64,000 nt of DNA, from positions 68,917-132,916 of IMG/VR virus record IMGVR_UViG_3300021400_000347. One strand, 5' to 3'. A program made the position numbers and the translations under genes. Source of the stretch: a virus (taxonomy: Duplodnaviria; Caudoviricetes). Shown here piece after piece: positions 14,637 through 26,176 of this stretch (its first letter is position 1; every line of letters begins with the position of its first letter). The notes under the pieces are model-generated. The model saw only the letters and a program-made list of their open reading frames with translations, had not been told where the DNA came from and made no database searches.

Positions 14637-15076
14637 TACTTCTCTTCTGCCTGATGCTTGATACTAATAGCTTGAATAATATCAACATCACAATATTTCT
14701 TAATTAGAGCGGCAAATGCATTATCAGTTATATTATTAGCTACAAGATATTGTATTACTGTCTCCCTCTCAGCGATAGAAGCAGTAGGAATAAATTTAGT
14801 AAAAGCAGCGTAATCTTTGTCATTAATCATCTTGATAATCTCGGTCGCTTCAAGAGCATGAGATGACTCAATAGCCTGTGTCTCTTCCTCGATGCCTTCA
14901 ACCTTAATGTAACCAGTTTCAATAAGATTACGAATACCCGGATCAAACGCCAATTCATCATATTGCTCTTGAGTCAATGGAATTGAGCGGCCCGGTACCA
15001 GACTACGATTAAATCTAATATCTGGATAAGATAATGCTACAGTAGCAGAACTAATGTTTTTTAAAGTGATTCCCAT
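14636..15076 (-). CDS. Hypothetical protein downstream of capsid
   Basis: 146-aa intact ORF with AGGAGG RBS. Confidence 0.7.
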   Translation of the reverse strand: MGITLKNISSATVALSYPDIRFNRSLVPGRSIPLTQEQYDELAFDPGIRNLIETGYIKVEGIEEETQAIESSHALEATEIIKMINDKDYAAFTKFIPTASIAERETVIQYLVANNITDNAFAALIKKYCDVDIIQAISIKHQAEEK

Positions 15077-15102
15077 AATAATATCCTCCTTTTACTCGCA
15101 AT

Positions 15103-15128
15103 TGGGGCGGGATTAGCTCCCGCCCCAT
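15103..15128 (-). terminator. Hairpin after major capsid gene
   Basis: GGGGCGGGA-TTAGC-TCCCGCCCC inverted repeat. Confidence 0.55.
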
Positions 15129-15139
15129 ATTAAATTATA

Positions 15140-16252
15140 TTAACCGTTTAAAGCTGCCTTCTCAGCTGCGGTCAATAGATTTTGGTTATAACTATACCAA
15201 GGATTGCCATCCTGAGCAGTACCAGCAAGGCTGCCATTGTAATAGATACCCCAATAATTAGGAGTGCCAACTACAGCAATACCAACCTTTAGATAACCCT
15301 GTAGAACGATGCTATTATCGCCCTCATGGTCATCCCAAGTACGGAAGTAAGGAGAGCCCTCAAAGCCTAGCTTTACAATCTTGCTATTTTGGCCAGTAGG
15401 CATAACATAAGCAAAGCAAGGATTCATAACAGTCTTCTCATTCTTCTCGTCAGTATAGGACTGTGGTAGTACTACTACAGGTACGCCACGGAAACGACCG
15501 ATATAGCCGCGCTCGCGCACCTCTAGCATATCCTGATCAGAAATCTTGACGGTGCTATTATAAACAATAGCATTTACCATCTCAGCAGCAAACTCGGGAG
15601 TGCAATAGATAACAGGATCGCCATAAGCGCGCACGGTGTTGCAAAGCTTTACCATAGCGGCGGGATCAAATGTATTAGACACAACCTTGTTAGCAGCTGG
15701 ACGACCAGCCTGATTCCAAGTATTTAGTAGGGCTTCCTGAACCATCTCAAAGATACGGTCAGTAATACCTTGCTGAATGATCTCATAGATGTCAGTAATG
15801 CTCTCTAGACCATCTAGATAACGCTCAAAGTCAACGTAACCGGCGCCACCAATAGCCATTGGATAAACGTCAAAACGGTCACGGTCTAGACGGAAAGTCT
15901 CATAGTTGCCAGACTCGGTAGCACGAGTTACAAACTGGCGGCCACGTTGCTTACCACGGGTTACATGGAACTCAAGGCGATCGCCTTGGCCAACGCGGAT
16001 AATTTCGCAGAACATATCTAGAGCATTCTCTAGGCTGCGAGGAAGAACCTCTTCGAGATTCTGGGTTAGTAGTTCAAATAGGTCAATCTTGTTGCGCTCA
16101 AACTTATAGCGATTTAGACGACCCTTGTCATCACATAGAAGCTTTACTAGCTCATCATGTAGAGCAGCTTCATAATCGTAATCGGCGGCTGCGAACTCAG
16201 CAGGAACCTTGCGGCCGAATACACCATTCATTAAAATCTGTAGATTATTCAT
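15140..16252 (-). CDS. Major capsid protein
   Basis: About 370 aa, after scaffold and decoration genes, HK97-type late motif (GYIGRFRGVPVVVL), biased codon use, no TAG. Confidence 0.8.
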   Translation of the reverse strand: MNNLQILMNGVFGRKVPAEFAAADYDYEAALHDELVKLLCDDKGRLNRYKFERNKIDLFELLTQNLEEVLPRSLENALDMFCEIIRVGQGDRLEFHVTRGKQRGRQFVTRATESGNYETFRLDRDRFDVYPMAIGGAGYVDFERYLDGLESITDIYEIIQQGITDRIFEMVQEALLNTWNQAGRPAANKVVSNTFDPAAMVKLCNTVRAYGDPVIYCTPEFAAEMVNAIVYNSTVKISDQDMLEVRERGYIGRFRGVPVVVLPQSYTDEKNEKTVMNPCFAYVMPTGQNSKIVKLGFEGSPYFRTWDDHEGDNSIVLQGYLKVGIAVVGTPNYWGIYYNGSLAGTAQDGNPWYSYNQNLLTAAEKAALNG

Positions 16253-16267
16253 AGTTCGCACCTCCCA

Positions 16268-16828
16268 TTATAGACTCACGATCTGATACTTAACAGCAGG
16301 CTCGCCGTTAGGTACTGTGTAGAATTTTACAACTCTGCCATAAATGCCAGAGCCGGGCTTGGTCTTGGTTAGCTGTGGTACAGCAGAACCAGCTACAGGA
16401 GCTACATATAGAGTATTAGCAGCTACACTTAGATCCTTCCGTAGATCAGCATAAAGAGCGTCAACAGTGGGCCAAGTACTATCATTGTACTGTAGGCAGT
16501 TTGTAGTTACGGTATCACCAATGCCTAGGATACCTACGCGAGGATAATCACCAGCGACCTTGCGGCCGAAGGTCTTTAGACCATAATGGAAAATGTCATA
16601 TTCTTTCTCAGTAGTATATACAATACCAATTGGCTTGTCAGTAGCAGCGGCGGGTGGATTAATAGCACCAGCGGCCTTGTCAGCGACTACCCACATGCCA
16701 TTCTCACAAGGAGCGTCAGCGGTAAAAGCAGAGCCTAGTGGAGTCTGAGAAACTACCATGCCAGTCTTTGGGAAAGCTACCTGATTTAGCTCTAGAGTGG
16801 CATATTGTTCAACAGGAAATCTTTTCAT
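16268..16828 (-). CDS. Capsid decoration/cement-like protein
   Basis: 186 aa between scaffold and capsid, strong RBS, no TAG. Confidence 0.6.
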   Translation of the reverse strand: MKRFPVEQYATLELNQVAFPKTGMVVSQTPLGSAFTADAPCENGMWVVADKAAGAINPPAAATDKPIGIVYTTEKEYDIFHYGLKTFGRKVAGDYPRVGILGIGDTVTTNCLQYNDSTWPTVDALYADLRKDLSVAANTLYVAPVAGSAVPQLTKTKPGSGIYGRVVKFYTVPNGEPAVKYQIVSL

Positions 16829-16842
16829 AGCTAAGTCCCTCC

Positions 16843-18075
16843 TTAATTTTTGCGATATTTTTTAATTAGTAAAGCGAATTGAGACTCTTCAGGCTCTTGT
16901 AGTGGGACTTTCGCCACAGCAGGAGCTTCGTCAGCCATCTTCTTATGCGCAAAAACAATGGCTAATTTGCCTTCCAATTCTTCATAAGACAAGTCGTTTA
17001 CCTTGTCCTTAATTACATTAATTTCTTCCGCGTCAAGAATTTTTTCATACTTTTCTACTAGATTATTCTTTCTATCTAGTTCAGCCTTGGCAGCGGCTGC
17101 TTCATATGTTGCCACAGAAGCTTTTAGAGATTCATTAAGCGTTTTTAGATTATTAACTTCATTTGAAAGTTCGTCGCGAGAATTTACAACTTCCTCATAA
17201 AGAGCCTTTAGGTCAGTATAGTCCTTATTTAGCTTGTCAAAAGCAACCTGTAGCTCATTTACCTCGGGCTCAGCTACTTCTTCCTCTTCTACAGTTGGCT
17301 CTTCCGCGGAGAACTCCTCAGCAGGAGCTACCTCTGGCTCTTCAACCACGGGCTCTACCTCTGGCTCTTCTACAGCAGCAAATTCCTCAACTACAGTTTC
17401 AATTTCTTTATTCTCATCCATCGCTTTCTCCCCTCCTTCTTCAAGTTTCGCAACTCTTGATTTTAGATCAAGCAGTAAGCTTTCAAATTTTTCAAACTAA
17501 CTATTATATTGTTCATCATTCTTAGAAAAGAATGAGGATACCGAAAAACATGGCTCATGCGCGCCAATTATACAGAAGCCAAGCATATTAGCCTTTGTAT
17601 AAACGAAATAATAATCATTATTAATTTCCGCCCAATCGCCTTCAATTGAATTAGGGTCTAATTCCATACTCTAATTCTAACCACGAATATTACGAGCTTC
17701 CTCATAATAATCGGTAAATAATACGACAGAGAATGTCGCATAATCTCTTACAACACCATCGGTATCAGTCATTGGCTCCCATCCAAGGAAACTTTCTACA
17801 TAACCATAACCATTGGCTAAAGTGGGCCCAGTATGTGAAGCCCAGGTTTTAGTTTCTGGGTCAAAAAAACCAACAACTGGAGTGCTACCATTAGTAGCAC
17901 TTTGAATTAATTGCTCTGCCACGGCATCTGTAATATATGAACCATTCCTGTTCGCATATTTAGTAAATACCGCAACCTTTAGCCTGTTTAAATTAGGTTC
18001 GGATTCTGAAATCACTTGAATAGGTGAATCAACAACTTGTACGTCAAAATAAACTGGTATTTTTCTCTCATCCAT
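16843..18075 (-). CDS. Prohead protease-scaffold fusion (TAG-recoded N-part; internal start at 17421)
   Basis: Fragment 17677-18075 ends in TAG and is in frame with the acidic coiled-coil ORF 16843-17421. Position between portal and capsid. Confidence 0.7.
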
Positions 18076-18086
18076 TGTTATTCACC

Positions 18087-19607
18087 TCATTGCTCTGCGC
18101 TAATGTTTTGTTGCGTACTTTCTTGCTTCTGCGCGTCTGGCACTTCTGTGCGGCCACCCTACTCATTTGTAGTAGTAGTAGTACTAGTATTTGTACTAGA
18201 GCTAGATCCGCCACCACCAAAGGCACTACCAGAAGTTGTATAGGAAGATTGTAGTGGTACCATCTTAACAGACATTTTAAGAATATCGTTCTCAAAATTC
18301 ATTAAGCTAAGCTGATCGCGCTGCTTCATACCCATCGCAACACCAGCATACATTTTAGAGTAGCCATATTGTGCTCCGCGGAAATATAAGCCTTGTAATT
18401 CTTCTCTATTAAATACAGTAAGAGGAAGAATCTAAAAATCAAAGGTCAAACCAGCGCGCGAAAAACGCTCATTTATAAGATAGCAAATCCACGTTTCATA
18501 TACGTTTAAATACGCATTCATTAATGCTTCGTCTTTTTTCATAGCCATAGCCAATGCTGCGCTGCCATCAGGATTGAATAGAATGTGCGCCCGACCCATA
18601 GCATCCCAAGCATTGTTCTTATACTTGGTAATGCGGTCGCTAGACTGGGTTGCCGCGCTTGAATCCTACACGTTTTCTAGAGTCGTATCTCCAAAAGTAG
18701 TAAGCACATCAACAGTGTCAGTCTCGGATAGCATTTGCGCGATAGAACTATGTATGTCTGCTGTTTCAGTTAAGTCAAAGACAAGCTCGCCATTACTATC
18801 AATAGGCATCTTTTGAATGAGCAACTTATGTAGCTCATTCTCGTCACGCTTCTCTTCGCGCGCAACGGCGTCCGCGAGTTTCTTCAATTGAGGAATACTG
18901 GCAATTAATAACGGCATTCCATCTCCAGCGAAACTGAAACTAACGCCCCCGCTACTCGCGGGTAGTTCCACCCAGCAGCTAGTTTTCTTATTGCCTCGTA
19001 TCCATGCTCGCCACGCCTTTTGAACCTCTTTAGGAAAAGTCGTAATGGCCTCTTCGCGCGCATTGTCGTCTACGATTTGTAGGAAGTAATTTAAATCAAA
19101 TTCCAATATGTCTAAATTATGGAAGTCTTTAAATCTAACTCTACAATATTGCTGCGGCAAATCTTGAACAGTGACCAAATCACCATCTTCGCGCAGGACA
19201 CCGTAGTAAATACCATTTTTTAGCCATTCTGTTGTAATATGCGCCAAGGTGTTAGGCAAATCCATATTATCAATAAAAGTACAAGCGCGATAAAAAGCTT
19301 TTAGAATCTATTTATCCGAGCCTTTGCCTTCCTAATAAAGTGGAATCACTAGCGTTTCATAAAGTGGTAGATGCGCGAGGAAGTCAATGTTATTTCTATA
19401 CTCACTATTAGTGCGATAATAATATCGCGATAATTCTCTTAAAGAAAGCAAGTCACCAGAGCGAATTATCTCTTCAATCTCTTCTATAGAAAAATCATGA
19501 GCGACAGCATCAGTCTATCTATATCCCCAACGATAATAAGATGATTGTGCTTTTATCGGGGTGCGTTTTATCTTCTCTCTAAAAGTTTGAAAGTCTTTTC
19601 CTTCCAT
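18087..19607 (-). CDS. Portal protein (TAG-recoded)
   Basis: ATG 19607 to TGA 18087 (506 aa) joins fragments 18666-19265 and 18159-18353. Directly follows terminase. Confidence 0.75.
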
Positions 19608-19613
19608 AGCATA

Positions 19614-21380
19614 TCACCCCCTAGTATGTGGACTGAAAAAGATAAAATCTTTTATATTTTTTTTCTTATTACGCTTCTACATTTTATCTTCATAATACTT
19701 CACTCTGTAAAGTCCATATTCAAGAGCAGAGAAGCGGTCTTTTTCAATTGAGCGCGAAATACGTTCAATTTTAAACTAATTCTAAACGCCAGTAGCCTTA
19801 AGCCGCAAATTGTTTAGCTCGTCAATAAGCCTAGATGTCATCTCGTATGGCAATAGGAATACTCTTCTATCATACAAAGACATTTTTTTGCCTTTATTTG
19901 TATTCATTAATTTGTCTTTTACTATCCGTTCATGTGCTAGAAATTCTACGCTTCCGTTATTAATTTGTGTGAAAAAATTTGAATGAATAATATCTTCATT
20001 CTGCGCGCCCGCTTTTATATCATAAATAATTGCGTTAAATTGCGGACGAGGTTCTTCAGCTTCAGCCTTCATCTCAGGAGGTAAATGATGGTCGTTATTA
20101 AAGACAAAATATGGTGGAAAAGTCTCACCAGTTTTTATATCTACAGACGCAACAGCCATAGCATCTAGCAAACCAATACCAGGGCCATTACCGTCAATAA
20201 CAATCTCTCGAGGATTAAAAAGCTAAATTAATTTTTTCAAACGAGGCGCTTGTTCAGTTATATAATTCGCGCCGTGTATAATCTCAGTATACACTACCCT
20301 TTTCGCGCACATGTTCTACTGTGGCAAAACCTTGATAACCATAATAGCAGTGTTCGCTGAATAGCGTGCAACGTCCACTCCTATTATATAATAGGTATTA
20401 GGATTAGTGGGATTCTCCTATGCTTTCCTCTCACATTTTAACAAAGTTCTTCTTTTATTTAATCGTTTAGAATCAAGCCAAGCATCTTTGTTGTTACCAG
20501 ACCAGATTGATAGAGATTCGCGCGCAAAGCTTTCCTCGCTTACGGTGTTGGAATAACGCTGGTCCATCAATGTAGCCTTATCTAGAAGTCCATAATGTAA
20601 TGGTACTTCATATGATAGCCCCCAGCAGAAATACTCTTTCGGCCGCAGCACGGCATTTACTGCGCACTCAATGAGTTTACTATACATAAAAACAGTACGT
20701 TCTGCGGCGGTAGTAATGAAAATTTGTGTACTTGATGGCTCCTCTGGATTTAAAGAACCATCTACTTCGTGACGTTTAATGTTCATTTGCGGCCAAAGTA
20801 CTTCATTGTATGATGTCTCATCAATTAGAGCGCACTCCTCCAGGATGGCTGCGTTCGCGCGCAAACCACGAGAAGTATCTTTAGAAACAACTGTAATTTG
20901 GCTGCCATTTTTAAACTTAAGCTCATAGTAGTTTGAACTAGACTTAATACCAGTTTTTCCGTCTTCTACTCGAGTAGCCAATTCTTTCCTAAGTAAAGGC
21001 CAATGGTTAAAGATTTCCTCGAACTTGGCTTCTGCGATTTTAATAACGGTTCCTTTAACGTCAGAGGCGAGCATTATAGTTGAGCCAGGCAGTAGGACTG
21101 CGCGCAGTACTGAAGCAAGGTATGCCGTGAATGATTTAGAGGTCGCGCGCGTGGCAGTCCAAAAGTGGTAGCGATAGCGCATACAAGCGCGCAGCGCAAT
21201 ACGCTGATATGGAAGAAGATGAAAGTGCTTCGCGTCCGTGGTTGACTAAATTGTATCTAAGAATATATCTGGATACAGTATCCACAAGTTCAAATATTTA
21301 GTAAATAGCTCTTCATTCGCGTCCAAAAACTCTCGAGTAAGAACGACGCCTTTTTCAATAGCAATCTCATTAGTCTCCAT
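19614..21380 (-). CDS. terL: Terminase large subunit (TAG-recoded)
   Basis: LLPYQ motif, Walker A-like ATRATSKSF, RGLRANAAILEE (Walker B), ITTA coupling motif, nuclease GVDVAR ... IDGNG ... KDRFSA. 588 aa only if TAG is read through. Confidence 0.9.
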
Positions 21381-22305
21381 TTAATTCACCTGCCAATTCG
21401 TCTTCGCCTTCGTACTGAATATCAGCAGTTTCATCAAACTCAACCTTCTCGTTCTCAATCTCTTCAAGACGCTCTGTCATATTGTAGCGTTCGCGCTTAT
21501 CTTCAACCTGCTCCGCGAAGTTACCCTCATTAACAACCAGACGCTTCAAATAATTCTAAATATTCTCCATCATAAAGTCAATAGAATCTTTCGCTTCTGT
21601 ATGCCATTTTGGATGCCAGCCCTTCTTCCCGTAGTAAACCATAAGCTCACCAACAGACTCGAAGTCGGCTGCGTTCTTTGCGCTCGTAGCCTCAAAGTGC
21701 GCGATTTTAATAATATTATCACGCGCGTCCATATCTTTCTTAATATCTTCGCCCGCGCGCAAACCCTTCTTAATGCGAAGCTCAATTTCACAAAGGTCGC
21801 GCGCGTAGTGCTGTAAAATTGGAGTAGATACATTTTGTGTAGCAAGTATCTAATTATAGAAACTATCCAAGAAAAGCAATTCATCATCTTTATACGCGGC
21901 TGACCACTCCTTACGGAGTCGGCGCATTTTTGCGTCCTAAATAGCTTTAATGTCCTCGTCAATCGTGCCCTATTCGCGCGCGAGACGCCATCTTTCATTC
22001 TCGTCCGTCCACTAAAGTGAAGCATAGTGGTCGTTCGAGAGGAGGGAAAAGTAAGCAGTTAGCGTATGATCCTTATAGGTTGGATATAACTATGTCCATT
22101 TATTCAAATCAAATGGTACATCAAGGTAGCGGCAAAGCCTATCAACTTCGCCCAAATTGCTCTGATCAACCATCTGCTCCAAGCAATTAGTACAAATAAG
22201 TGAAAGATGATTAGGGAAAAATTTGGATGGTGTTCGCGCAAATTCATTCTCCGGCTTTTCCTGTCTACATCTCATGCATCTACGTTTCTTTATTTCTTCT
22301 GTCAT
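21370..22305 (-). CDS. Zn-finger protein upstream of terL, possible terminase small subunit (TAG-recoded)
   Basis: CMRC...CTNC at N-terminus; in frame with fragment 21556-21762; TAA at 21370. Confidence 0.5.
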
Positions 22306-23572
22306 GAGTTGGCTAACCTCCTTCAATACGCCTATTGCGTTCGCATTCCTTACAGGAAGATGAGAATCCATCTTTACGGCCCTTATTCAAACAAAAGAAC
22401 AACTTATGGCGTGGAAGCTCGCGGCCGCAGGTGGCGCATTTTTTACACTCCTCTAATGGGGTTTCAATTAACAGGCGATGACGCTGCGCGGCGTATGCTA
22501 TTTTTTCCGGGATTTCTTTGGCCAAAATTGTACATAGGTAGTTTTCGGTATACTTAATGCCATACTTGACTTGGAGGTTATGAACAATTTCGCCGTATGG
22601 TATTCGCGCGAGCTTTAAGTCAAGAATGTAGTTACGCGCCTCGGACAGATTGGCCATCGCGCGATAGCGTTCAAAATCAAGCAGAAGTGTATACCCATAC
22701 GTATCCAATTTTTCGTGAAGCTAATCATAAAGGCCATCAAACTAATTAATTAAATGCTTAATATGGTTGGGGTTCTCCCAGTCAAAAGTATGCGGCTGAA
22801 CCATCCACTTGTATTGGGGTTCGCCATTTGGGCCTTCGCGCACCTCATAGTCCTCAATGTTGCGGGAAACGCGCGAAGTTAGCGAATGGGCAATTTTTTC
22901 CTCAAGTTCCGCGCGCGAAATCCAATAGAAGGAGTCGGCCGTCCAGTCAACGAATTGGGTTTTTGGATGGTCTGCGCCCGCGAAGTGCAATGTAGGTTTA
23001 AATATGTCTTTTAGGTAGTACTAATGGCGGCGCATATCAATTAATTGATGCTTGAGCTGATATAGGCGATAACTATCCTTAAGGAGGGGAGTGTGGTCAT
23101 CGTAAGGTACCTTGCCCTCATTAACGGCCACGATATGCTCTACGCGCGCAATATCATCCCAGAGTTGCTACATGCCGGGAATGTCGCTGTCGCCCGGATC
23201 GATTAGTTCGCCCGTTTTCTTATTATACTTGGGCTTGTTGATAGTGGGCTTTGGGCGTTTGTATACGGAACGTTTATTTGCGGATTGAAGCTCCCGTTCG
23301 TCCGTTGCGGGGTTCTCCAGTATTTCGTCTAGGGAAAGAAGTTTCTCGTCTGCGGTCTTAAATGAATTGTAGCGTTTATTGTCGTCCGTCATTTCGCCAC
23401 GCTACTTTGCGTTCTTGCCTTCTTCGTCCTTCCCATATAAGATGTAGTTGGCCATTTGCTCAAGTTCTGTATTAGTTGGATTTTTATCCAATGTATCCAA
23501 TATATCATAAATAGCTTGAACGCGGTCAACGTCACGTTCAATGCTATAGTCTAATGAATATGCTTTTTTCAT
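22244..23572 (-). CDS. Putative DNA-binding/transcription protein with HTH-like and C-terminal Zn-ribbon regions (TAG-recoded)
   Basis: Joins fragments 23168-23392, 22742-22990 and 22313-22708 in one frame. LSEARNYILDLKLARIPYGEIV resembles a sigma region-4 HTH; CATC...CKEC. Own TTGACT/TATAAT promoter at about 23593-23621. Confidence 0.55.
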
Positions 23573-24059
23573 GGGATCACCTCTTGAGTATATTATATCA
23601 TAGGGGAACAGGAGAAGTCAAGTATTTGGGTTGGGAGAAAGTTTGAAAATAAAAAAGTTGGTGGAATTTGGGGTAGGAAATAAAAAAAGTTGGTGGAAAT
23701 TGGGGAGCGCCCCATCCGTTTGGGGTATAAAAATTACTTTTTTCCCGAAACTAACCCCCGGGACCTGGTTCAAAGCTAGAAACCTGGGCCTCGCCTCCAC
23801 TTCCGCGGCGTTTCCTACCAAAATTTTCCTATTTCCACCCCGCTTTTTTCGCGGGCCCGCCTATTTCAAAATTGAGGCGCCCCCTATTTCAAAATTTTTA
23901 TTCAAACGGGGGTGGTCTAAAATTTTCCAACCGGGGGTAGGCATTCAAACCGCACCGGGGGGGTACGTATTTCAAAACGCGCGCGCACGTGCGAGGAGGG
24001 TCGCGGATTTTCTAGGGCGTACCGTTTTGAATACCACGGGCCCGTTTCGTTTGGCCGGC

Positions 24060-24770
24060 CAGGCTTTTACTTTAACACATTAAAGTGCTAAAGTAGATCG
24101 ATTGTTAAACTTATAACAATACTCCGCCCATTGTTAAACTTCGGGCCGGTCGTTACCGTAGATCGATTGTTAAACTTTTAACAATCCTCCACTGTAGATC
24201 GATTGTTAAACTTTTAACAATCTAACTCGGGGCCCACTTTAGCGCGTTAAAGTGATAAAGTCCGTCACTTGTTAAACATCAGGCCAGTTAGTTATAACTA
24301 ACTTGATACTGTAGATCGATTGTTAAACTTTTAACAATCGGGCCGACCGGCCAGGATCGATTGTTAAACTTTTAACAATCTTCCGCGCAGGCGTTCCGGG
24401 CCAGTTAGTCATAACTAACTTGAACCTTAAAAAAGGTTCTCCTCCACCGTCTTTATTATAGCGGATAAAGTCAAGTTTGTCAAGGGGTTTTTGAAAATTT
24501 TTTTTAGTTAGTTATGACTAACTAAAACGGGCCCGAGATTGTTAAACTTTTAACAAACTTTAGCGCGCTAAAGTACAGGCCAGTTAGTTCAGACTAACTA
24601 ACTCGTGGAGATCGATTGTTAAACTTTTAACAATCTCCGGGCCGGTTAGTTATAACTAACTTGAAGGGGGGCTTTTACTTTAACGCGTTAAAGCGTTAAA
24701 TAATCGGTCGCGCTCTTGTCATCGGTGTTTAAGGGGGAGCAAGATTGTTAAACTTTTAACAATCCTCCAC
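24060..24770. repeat. Dense cluster of three palindromic operator-like motifs (TTGTTAA-N4-TTAACAA, ACTTTA-N6-TAAAG, GTTAG-N6-CTAAC)
   Basis: TTGTTAAACTTTTAACAA at 24167, 24203, 24320, 24361, 24539, 24616 and 24745; ACTTTA-N6-TAAAG sites at 24068, 24235, 24556 and 24676; five GTTAG-N6-CTAAC sites. Confidence 0.9.
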
Positions 24771-24843
24771 CCGTCGCAAAGCAAGGCAGGGTGCGGGTTT
24801 CACGGGCCGGCCAGAGCAAGGAAAAGAGCGCCTTTCGGCGCCC

Positions 24844-25035
24844 TTACTCCCAGTCCTCCCGCCACACCTTGCCGTCCTCGTGGCACCGGATGAACATCCC
24901 TTCCTCGTGGTAGCACTCGCTTTTGTCATGCATGCGGCAGTAGGTTTCCGCTTCTTCGAAGGTGTCGAAGGTCTCTTCGATGTCCTCATCGTAGCCGCCG
25001 TTGTAGTAGGAGATGACTTCGTAGAAATTCTTCAT
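24844..25035 (-). CDS. Small acidic early protein
   Basis: Own TTGACA/TATTAT promoter, GAAAGGAAG RBS, downstream hairpin. Confidence 0.7.
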   Translation of the reverse strand: MKNFYEVISYYNGGYDEDIEETFDTFEEAETYCRMHDKSECYHEEGMFIRCHEDGKVWREDWE

Positions 25036-25178
25036 TGTTCTTTCTTCCTTTCTTGTGGTGGGCTCTTGTCCCTTTCCACGGTCTTATAATAGCATACTTT
25101 TGCCGGTTTGTCAAGCACTTTTTTTATCTTAAGCAAACTTTTTTTTGCTTGTCATCCAAGAGAGGAAAGAGGACTTTT

Positions 25179-25418
25179 TCAGTCCTCTTCCTCCTCCGCC
25201 CACGCTTCTTCTTCGGTATACTCCGCAAGGACTTCATCCATATACAGGAGCGCAACGCGCGTCACGCAATCGCCCACGGCTTCCAGAGAGGACTCGTAGT
25301 CTTTCACCGCTTCGTCCCACTCTTCGGGGGTGTACCATTCAGTCTCCACCTCGCCGTCCGTATAGTCAGTTTCCACTATCACGGTCAGACCAGACATCAT
25401 GTTTTCGGGCTTCTTCAT
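25179..25418 (-). CDS. Small highly acidic protein
   Basis: Own promoter, GGAGG RBS; about one third Asp/Glu. Confidence 0.7.
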   Translation of the reverse strand: MKKPENMMSGLTVIVETDYTDGEVETEWYTPEEWDEAVKDYESSLEAVGDCVTRVALLYMDEVLAEYTEEEAWAEEEED

Positions 25419-25562
25419 TGTTTTGTTCCTCCACTCTTTTTTGTTTTGTGGCTTTCCCTTTCCACGGTCTTATAGTAGCACATTTCGGCCGGTTTGTCAA
25501 GTGTTTTTTTCATCCTCCACAAACTTTTTTTTAGTGGAGGGGAAGAGGGCTTTTCAGCCCTC

Positions 25563-25712
25563 TTAATCGTCTCGCCGCTCCACGCGGAGGAACTTTTCCC
25601 CAAACAGTTTAGCCATCCGCTCGCCGTCCGCCATAGCGGCCTCTTCCGTGGGGTATGCGGTGCAGACGAAGGCGTTGGTCAGGATGATGAAGTAGCGAAC
25701 CCTTTTAGTCAT
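25563..25712 (-). CDS. Small hypothetical protein
   Basis: Promoter and GGAGG RBS before ATG 25712. Confidence 0.6.
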   Translation of the reverse strand: MTKRVRYFIILTNAFVCTAYPTEEAAMADGERMAKLFGEKFLRVERRDD

Positions 25713-25829
25713 TGTTTTTTCCTCCTTCTTCTCTGTGGTGGCTTTCCCTTTCCACGGTCTTATAATAGCACAGATCAACCGGTTTGTCAAGTACTTTTTT
25801 CAAGATTGAACAACTTTTTTTATGCCATA

Positions 25830-26176
25830 TAACACAGCATACAGCACAGCACACAGAACACACACAGCACAGCAAACAGGTACACAGCACAGAGATACAC
25901 ACAGCACAGCACACAGAGCACACAACACAGCACGCACACAGCACACAGGTACACGCACAGCACACACACACAGAGCACAGCACACACACAGAGCACACAC
26001 AGAGCACAGCACAGAGATACACACACAGCACAGAGCACAGCACACAGGTACAGTATAGCACACAGGTACACAGCACACACAGCACACAGATACACACAGA
26101 GCACACACACAGCACACAGATACACAGCACAGCACACAGGTACAGTACACAGGTACACCACACAGCACAGCACAAC
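25830..26176. repeat. Low-complexity (CA)n-G repeat tract (CACAG/CACAGAG/CACAGGTA units)
   Basis: About 350 bp of irregular CACAG-based units, nearly devoid of T on the plus strand. Confidence 0.95.

Noticed and set aside
1-23572. Fragmented structural genes as pseudogenes of a decayed prophage
   Set aside because: Fragments stay in one frame, the breaks checked are TAG, and TAG falls on conserved Gln positions in the lysin; recoding explains this better.
23631-24083. 150-aa plus-strand ORF
   Set aside because: Derived from homopolymer runs, no RBS, composition unlike other genes.
24060-24770. CRISPR array
   Set aside because: Repeats are of several types, irregularly spaced and lack uniform unique spacers; no cas genes are visible.
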